Origin: Ophelia neglecta
Taxonomy: Eukaryota
Assembly: GCA_965285935.1 (NCBI GenBank)
Contig: OZ260666.1
Span: 50,592,001 to 50,656,000, forward strand
Direction: 5' to 3'
Length of the DNA: 64,000 nucleotides
This document shows, in pieces, positions 61,201 through 64,000 of the stretch. Each line of letters starts with the position of its first letter. The stretch's first letter is position 1. A model generated the notes under the pieces. That model had not been told where the DNA came from and searched no databases. It was given only the letters and a program-made list of their open reading frames with translations. The position numbers were made by a program, and so were the translations under genes.

Positions 61201-64000
61201 CTATATTAAATTAGATGACTGCGAATTACATCTGTTGTCAGCTTCTTTCCAATAGTAGTCCACGTGCATATCCATGAAAGAGAATACTGAACACAAATCG
61301 ATTGATCGACTAGAGCTGATTAGATCCCTTGGCCGTGGACTGCCCACACGACAAATGACTAAGCGAGGGGCGTGTTCAGTCGAATACCGACAGCGCACCT
61401 TTATTCACTACCTGAACCAAGACTGAAGGCGAAATGTATCCGTTAACAATCAGAACAATGCCGGATGTCCTCGGATGTCTGATTGTTATACCTGGGTGTT
61501 AGTGCGCACTGTCTCCTCGTGTATATCATCCTTGTTTAGCTGCCGTATGCGTTTAACCACTGTACACGTCCAGAGTACACTGCTGTCGTATTCGTCTGCC
61601 TGTCGATTGTGCACAGGTGTTCCAATTAAGGTGTGATGGTCGTCATCATCACATCGCAGCAGTCGACCTCGCTCGTGAATCATTACTACTGCAGATTATC
61701 GATTATCACCAATCTGGCGACGTCATCGAAGGATTCCTAACGGGATGCGGGAGTTTTTCAAAACTCGAGCAGTATTAAACGTTAATTTCTGTGTCGCCAA
61801 TGACATGTTGAATGCATGTTATATAATGTCTAACTGTTCCTTTTACCTCCAATGTCATATAAAAATGATGACCATATAAATTAGCTTTGAAGCATTTGTC
61901 AGCATTTAACTAGTTTCTTCATAAAACGATTGGTGTTAGACAATGGTTTAGGAATGGGAAACAAGAAAAGTACTAGTTTTAACTACTGGAAAGTTGTTTG
62001 GCTCGTGAAGTGTCTTTTATGAGCATTTTCTGATATCGCGGAACTAAGAAACATTTCTTAAAAGGTTCATGCCTTTGAATTAATTATATGAATATACCAG
62101 ATCTACAATTAATAGACTAGTTATTAATACAAGTACTATTAATATATAGTTATGTAGTGTTGAGAGTACAGACTTGCTTACATGTTACACCTGATACATC
62201 TGGATGTAAGGTGCTCTACTTCAGACCCGTTGACCCCCTACTGGCTCCTTCTCTATGTTGTCTTAACCTGTAAGATAGAGCTCGGGCGCAGGTTACCTAA
62301 GAAATGTAACACCTGTTTTTACCATTCCTCTGTTCTACACCATCAGACAGAAGAGTACACATATCACCTATAGTCAAAATGTGACAGCGGAGGGATTATC
62401 TTTATTTTAATATCAATTCACATTGATAACGTCTTATCGAGGCATCCTAGCTATCGTTAGACAAATGACAAAACGCCATAGCCTATTTGACATTTACTTT
62501 GAAAATTCGTCTGCCGGGCATTACGACGTTAGAACATATTTGCCCACTGAAGGGTTTTCCCTGATGTCTGACACTGGGGTGATAAAGGTACAATCTGGGG
62601 TGTTGTTTGTTCCTCCAGTCCCTTTGCTTGTCATCTTGATTGTGGTCAATTTACTTGGATATCGGGATTGTTAATTAATATTAACTGGAACATGCTACAT
62701 ATTATTGGCACACCAAAGTAATGGAAGGAACTTAAAGCTAATAGCCTATTCTGGGAATAATATAGCTGGTACTATCACAGAATAATATAGGCATCAGGTC
62801 TCTGGCCTATTACACTGTATAAAAGACGATAGAATATCAGTTTTAACATACCAATTGTTGCTGTTATGAACGTAAGCCACCTGGTGTTATGACATGACCT
62901 CACTACATCCCAATTATCACAATTGTTGCAATAAAATAACCCTAAAGTGAACGTCTTATTCGTCCCAGAGGGATAGGCCTCTTATAATGTTTACAGATAG
63001 GAAACTATTTGGTTTGCCTTTGGATGGCGAGATGCGAAGGCAGATGATGCAGTTTATAACAAATAAAATTTCCAATAATAGAATGTTCGATATCAGTCGA
63101 TTGATCAGTGCGTTCCGGGTTGCCCAATAAAAGAGTATACGAGTTCTGGCACACACTCTTTGGACCTATACGAGTTCGGCTGCATACGCCTATGATAGGC
63201 CTATAGGAAGGCAAGTAGTGAGGCCTCTGTCCTCAAAGTATAGAGAAAGTAGTATTTACTTTTGTCTGGGACAAGGTGACTAATATTTATTTGTGGGAAA
63301 CACTCTAGTATTGTTTCTTTCTTAATATAATTTTTCCATGTTTCCCGGTTATAAATGAAATACTTCTCGCATGGCGCTAAATTCGTACCTCCTATACTCC
63401 CGATTACAACTATTTTGGTAATAATATGTTTGAAACACTTACAATTACAAGGAAAAATGTTGTATAAATAAATGTAAAGCACGGGAAATAATACTTGAAA
63501 ACATCAACCACAATTCAACAAGTGGCTGCGCAAAACCGACATAGGCCTATATAGGAGCCGTTGCGTTTTGCCCCTGTCTCAGCTACTCTGAGATGAACCT
63601 AACAGGAGGAGTGTCATTCACAAATAATTTACGTCAACATGCCACAGACAGGTGACAAACTTAACATTTTCGAGATGAAAGTCTCTTTTTTTAACCTTAA
63701 TCTTCAGTAACTGATTGACTTTTAGTGTCTTTATTATTCAAATTAAAACAGTGCGCTTTGTGATGCGTACAATGCCCTGGTAAGCAGATATCGACTCAAA
63801 TATAACAACATATTGTGATTGTTTCAACCACTCCAAGTACCTGAAATCAAACCAAGGACCTCCACTCTAGAAATCAATAACCACCTACCTTCCTCCTGCT
63901 GAGTCTGTCGATGTGTGCTCCAAACAACCTTATATCCACCGAGTCCTGGCTGTGAACGCTGTCGTTCTGAGTAATTTGCACAAGAGTTGTTCCGTAGTCC
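3897..64000 (-). CDS. MACF1: Spectraplakin (MACF1/dystonin/Shot family), multi-exon, 5'-truncated by the window; 49 exons, ~3,438 aa visible
   Basis: Exons joined by hand at GT-AG sites with matching phases: 10,318 nt = 1 + 3,439 codons including the stop. Domains in order: plakin helices, SH3, plakin repeats, ~17 spectrin repeats, [11 protein letters not shown] pre-EF motif, 2 EF-hands, GAR (CQC...VMVRVGGGW...NDPCRAKGRTN). The symbol denotes the family; orthology versus paralogy was not tested. Confidence 0.95.
5344..5484 (-). CDS. MACF1: Spectraplakin exon, S/T-rich tail
   Basis: tatttccag|[25 protein letters not shown]...SWSNLSSTG|gtaggt, phase 1-1. Confidence 0.82.
5954..6132 (-). CDS. 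Candidate alternative last exon
   Basis: ttctaac branch point, first downstream AG (cacaaag); phase-1 frame open for 58 further codons to TAG. Confidence 0.3.
6236..6394 (-). CDS. MACF1: Spectraplakin exon, post-GAR tail
   Basis: [22 protein letters not shown]... (family-conserved), phase 1-1. Confidence 0.93.
6816..6836 (-). CDS. Candidate 21-nt cassette microexon (ARGMAAM) after GAR
   Basis: gttgttttctggcctcataaag|CTCGAGGAATGGCGGCGATGG|gtgagt; phase 1-1, frame-preserving. Confidence 0.55.
7913..8030 (-). CDS. MACF1: Spectraplakin exon, GAR domain C-half
   Basis: [39 protein letters not shown]|gtaagc, phase 0-1. Confidence 0.96.
8188..8325 (-). CDS. MACF1: Spectraplakin exon, GAR domain N-half
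   Basis: ...[34 protein letters not shown], phase 0-0. Confidence 0.95.
8483..8595 (-). CDS. MACF1: Spectraplakin exon, EF-hand 2
   Basis: [37 protein letters not shown]|gtaagt, phase 1-0. Confidence 0.95.
8714..9106 (-). CDS. MACF1: Spectraplakin exon, end of rod and EF-hand 1
   Basis: ...[15 protein letters not shown]...[26 protein letters not shown]|gtaagt, phase 1-1. Confidence 0.96.
9266..9394 (-). CDS. MACF1: Spectraplakin exon, last spectrin repeat
   Basis: [42 protein letters not shown], phase 1-1. Confidence 0.93.
9570..9774 (-). CDS. MACF1: Spectraplakin exon, spectrin repeat
   Basis: [13 protein letters not shown]...ILQACHPNA...ITQTRWEQ...LQEALRNIR, phase 0-1. Confidence 0.94.
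9965..10090 (-). CDS. MACF1: Spectraplakin exon, spectrin repeat
   Basis: [42 protein letters not shown]|gtaaga, phase 0-0. Confidence 0.93.
10281..10451 (-). CDS. MACF1: Spectraplakin exon, spectrin repeat
   Basis: [10 protein letters not shown]...[22 protein letters not shown]|gtaagc, phase 0-0. Confidence 0.93.
12977..13136 (-). CDS. MACF1: Spectraplakin exon, spectrin repeat
   Basis: [29 protein letters not shown]...[16 protein letters not shown], phase 2-0. Confidence 0.95.
13323..13554 (-). CDS. Candidate alternative internal exon (ATG at 13450) feeding a short C-terminal isoform
   Basis: gctaac branch point plus tgttctgtag acceptor; open frame throughout; donor TTCAG|gtacat is phase 2 and matches the acceptor at 13136. 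Confidence 0.45.
15661..15833 (-). CDS. MACF1: Spectraplakin exon, spectrin repeat
   Basis: [27 protein letters not shown]...[15 protein letters not shown]|gtatgt, phase 0-2. Confidence 0.93.
16795..16908 (-). CDS. MACF1: Spectraplakin exon, spectrin repeat
   Basis: [19 protein letters not shown]...KQDMDELK, phase 0-0. Confidence 0.92.
17024..17230 (-). CDS. MACF1: Spectraplakin exon, spectrin repeat
   Basis: [46 protein letters not shown] (family-conserved LKYF..KQD..IKNLL), phase 0-0. Confidence 0.95.
17348..17503 (-). CDS. MACF1: Spectraplakin exon, spectrin repeat
   Basis: [14 protein letters not shown]...[10 protein letters not shown]...[16 protein letters not shown]|gtgagt, phase 0-0. 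Confidence 0.93.
17636..17806 (-). CDS. MACF1: Spectraplakin exon, spectrin repeat
   Basis: [24 protein letters not shown]...KAERRK, phase 0-0. Confidence 0.88.
17980..18303 (-). CDS. MACF1: Spectraplakin exon, spectrin repeats
   Basis: MMQRDML...LLRWMNE...[17 protein letters not shown], phase 0-0. Confidence 0.93.
18423..18578 (-). CDS. MACF1: Spectraplakin exon, spectrin repeat
   Basis: [24 protein letters not shown]...[16 protein letters not shown], phase 0-0. Confidence 0.92.
18734..18901 (-). CDS. MACF1: Spectraplakin exon, spectrin repeat
   Basis: [18 protein letters not shown]...[16 protein letters not shown], phase 0-0. Confidence 0.92.
19342..19443 (-). CDS. MACF1: Spectraplakin exon, spectrin repeat
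   Basis: [34 protein letters not shown], phase 0-0. Confidence 0.92.
19689..19793 (-). CDS. MACF1: Spectraplakin exon, spectrin repeat
   Basis: [35 protein letters not shown]|gtatgt, phase 0-0. Confidence 0.9.
19923..20042 (-). CDS. MACF1: Spectraplakin exon, spectrin repeat
   Basis: [40 protein letters not shown]|gtgaga, phase 0-0. Confidence 0.9.
20187..20419 (-). CDS. MACF1: Spectraplakin exon, spectrin repeat
   Basis: [14 protein letters not shown]...[11 protein letters not shown]...[16 protein letters not shown], phase 1-0. Confidence 0.92.
20584..20686 (-). CDS. MACF1: Spectraplakin exon, spectrin repeat
   Basis: [34 protein letters not shown], phase 0-1. Confidence 0.88.
20773..20892 (-). 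CDS. MACF1: Spectraplakin exon, spectrin repeat
   Basis: [40 protein letters not shown]|gtaagc, phase 0-0. Confidence 0.9.
21035..21244 (-). CDS. MACF1: Spectraplakin exon, spectrin repeat
   Basis: [24 protein letters not shown]...[11 protein letters not shown], phase 0-0. Confidence 0.92.
21661..27588 (-). CDS. Giant alternative (probably first coding) exon: N-terminal TM anchor plus ~1,900-aa acidic disordered region with 2 SxIP motifs; one in-frame TGA at 23908-23910
   Basis: Track ORFs 23908..27588 and 21655..23700 are in the same frame, and the 69 codons between them are open. The frame ends EEYLQ|gtataa, phase 0, matching the phase-0 acceptor at 21244. Confidence 0.75.
23555..24010 (-). 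repeat. Two diverged ~79-codon tandem repeats inside the giant exon (boundaries approximate)
   Basis: [26 protein letters not shown]...[20 protein letters not shown] vs [27 protein letters not shown]...[20 protein letters not shown]; the MSEE ATGs at 23937 and 23700 are 237 nt apart. Confidence 0.85.
23818..23859. repeat. 21-nt tandem duplication (frame-preserving, ENKTDS x2)
   Basis: actgtcggtcttgttttcgtg / actgtcggtcttgttttcgta. Confidence 0.9.
27818..27838 (-). promoter_or_regulatory. Possible internal promoter for the giant exon
   Basis: TATAAAA at 27824..27818 (minus), adjacent CCAAT on the plus strand, ~230 nt upstream of ATG 27588; such motifs are common by chance in AT-rich DNA. Confidence 0.2.
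28708..29157 (-). CDS. MACF1: Spectraplakin exon, spectrin repeats
   Basis: [16 protein letters not shown]...[11 protein letters not shown]...LQSWLGEIE...QDNAK, phase 0-0. Confidence 0.93.
29334..29502 (-). CDS. MACF1: Spectraplakin exon, spectrin repeat
   Basis: [20 protein letters not shown]...[19 protein letters not shown]|gtaagt, phase 2-0. Confidence 0.9.
29770..29961 (-). CDS. MACF1: Spectraplakin exon, spectrin repeat
   Basis: [15 protein letters not shown]...LESWLTNA...ENLYK|gtgagt, phase 2-2. Confidence 0.92.
30146..30903 (-). CDS. MACF1: Spectraplakin exon, spectrin repeats
   Basis: EYAKESDAY...LLAWVSETE...ELLDR, phase 0-2. Confidence 0.93.
34525..34608 (-). CDS. MACF1: Spectraplakin exon, spectrin repeat
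   Basis: [28 protein letters not shown]|gtatgg, phase 0-0. Confidence 0.88.
35517..35699 (-). CDS. MACF1: Spectraplakin exon, spectrin repeat
   Basis: VNNQLDSRL...[12 protein letters not shown]...NNFK, phase 0-0. Confidence 0.9.
36626..36793 (-). CDS. MACF1: Spectraplakin exon, spectrin repeat
   Basis: [24 protein letters not shown]...VRFEA|gtatgt, phase 0-0. Confidence 0.9.
37009..37040. repeat. Imperfect (GAT/TGA)n microsatellite in an intron
   Basis: taatgataatgatgatggtgatgatgatga, just past the 37070 donor. Confidence 0.7.
37070..38901 (-). CDS. MACF1: Spectraplakin large exon, plakin repeats and start of spectrin rod
   Basis: Many DPxTG...EAIxxG repeats, then [11 protein letters not shown]; donor AAG|gtaagc, phase 1-0. 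Confidence 0.95.
39014..39094 (-). CDS. MACF1: Spectraplakin exon, plakin repeat
   Basis: [26 protein letters not shown]|gtaaga, phase 1-1. Confidence 0.9.
39720..39945 (-). CDS. MACF1: Spectraplakin exon, plakin repeats
   Basis: [34 protein letters not shown]...VLDPVTG|gtgagt, phase 0-1. Confidence 0.92.
40112..40385 (-). CDS. MACF1: Spectraplakin exon, acidic linker and first plakin repeat
   Basis: LPEDQLEAV...[19 protein letters not shown], phase 2-0. Confidence 0.88.
41213..41331 (-). CDS. MACF1: Spectraplakin exon
   Basis: [15 protein letters not shown]...KAYIER|gtaaga, phase 0-2. Confidence 0.82.
42400..42470 (-). CDS. MACF1: Spectraplakin exon
   Basis: ttttccttcag|[24 protein letters not shown]|gtagat, phase 1-0. 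Confidence 0.8.
42994..43159 (-). CDS. MACF1: Spectraplakin exon
   Basis: [19 protein letters not shown]...EMKGTDV|gtcagt, phase 0-1. Confidence 0.85.
43341..43446 (-). CDS. MACF1: Spectraplakin exon
   Basis: [35 protein letters not shown], phase 2-0. Confidence 0.88.
43575..43729 (-). CDS. MACF1: Spectraplakin exon, plakin SH3 domain
   Basis: [43 protein letters not shown], phase 0-2. Confidence 0.93.
44160..44306 (-). CDS. MACF1: Spectraplakin exon, plakin domain and SH3 start
   Basis: IILQQLLDF...IVPVHLR...[11 protein letters not shown], phase 0-0. Confidence 0.9.
44488..44610 (-). CDS. MACF1: Spectraplakin exon, plakin domain
   Basis: [14 protein letters not shown]...FIKESK|gtaagt, phase 0-0. 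Confidence 0.88.
44888..44983 (-). CDS. MACF1: Spectraplakin exon, plakin domain
   Basis: [32 protein letters not shown] (plakin WxW..C..H motif), phase 0-0. Confidence 0.9.
45917..46030 (-). CDS. MACF1: Spectraplakin exon, plakin domain
   Basis: [38 protein letters not shown]|gtaaga, phase 0-0. Confidence 0.8.
48133..48204 (-). CDS. MACF1: Spectraplakin exon, plakin domain
   Basis: tttctctttcatag|[24 protein letters not shown]|gtacac, phase 0-0. Confidence 0.8.
58810..58984. mobile_element. Tc1/mariner-type MITE
   Basis: Terminal inverted repeats tacagtggtccctgcgatgtagggcc vs (reverse complement) taaagtgttccctgcaatatagggtc, 21/26 identical; CAGTG-type end, flanking TA. Confidence 0.65.
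60265..60997 (+). repeat. Diverged direct repeat pair (~130 nt; ~60265-60390 and ~60860-60997)
   Basis: Shared tacattattaat...aggtttaggcaacat...acagctac...aggccc...cacttt...actaggcac...taacctt. Confidence 0.8.
60465..60751 (+). mobile_element. Non-autonomous repeat element, Helentron/DINE-1-like
   Basis: Repeated (g)agaggag(t/a) core units, gacggacagacgga microsatellite and terminal tacccccc...ggggg...tata hairpin. Confidence 0.5.
63889..64000 (-). CDS. MACF1: Spectraplakin exon (partial), plakin domain
   Basis: [37 protein letters not shown]; donor AAG|gtaggt, phase 0. Confidence 0.75.

Noticed and set aside
63770-63840. Possible exon [10 protein letters not shown]... after tttcag
   Set aside because: It needs phase 2 and a 48-nt intron, whereas the upstream donor is phase 0; direct joining to 48204 gives a sensible helix.
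1-64000. Prokaryotic-type systems (CRISPR, operons), rRNA and tRNA
   Set aside because: The sequence is spliceosomal-intron eukaryotic DNA; I saw no repeat-spacer arrays or structured RNA genes.

Overview
AT-rich, intron-containing animal DNA; the repeat content suggests a lophotrochozoan or mollusc-like invertebrate, which is inference only. Nearly the whole window is one minus-strand spectraplakin gene (MACF1/dystonin/Shot family), truncated at its 5' end by the window edge. I traced 49 GT-AG exons by hand with consistent intron phases, from 64000 down to the stop at 3897, giving about 3,440 codons. They encode a reduced, divergent plakin domain with SH3, plakin repeats, about 17 spectrin repeats, two EF-hands, a GAR (GAS2) domain and an S/T/P/R-rich tail. 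The main unexplained structure is a 5.9-kb reading frame (27588->21661) inside the intron 21245-28707. It begins with a reverse signal-anchor-like transmembrane helix, continues as a ~1,900-aa acidic disordered region with two KPSRIP (SxIP) motifs, and ends at a phase-0 donor that joins the spectrin rod in frame. This predicts a membrane-anchored microtubule tether lacking the actin-binding domain. The frame is broken by exactly one in-frame TGA (23908-23910), which aligns with a Gly (GGA) codon in an adjacent internal repeat copy. Other candidates are a 21-nt microexon after GAR, an internal LIR-containing exon, alternative last and first exons, and small transposon-derived repeats.
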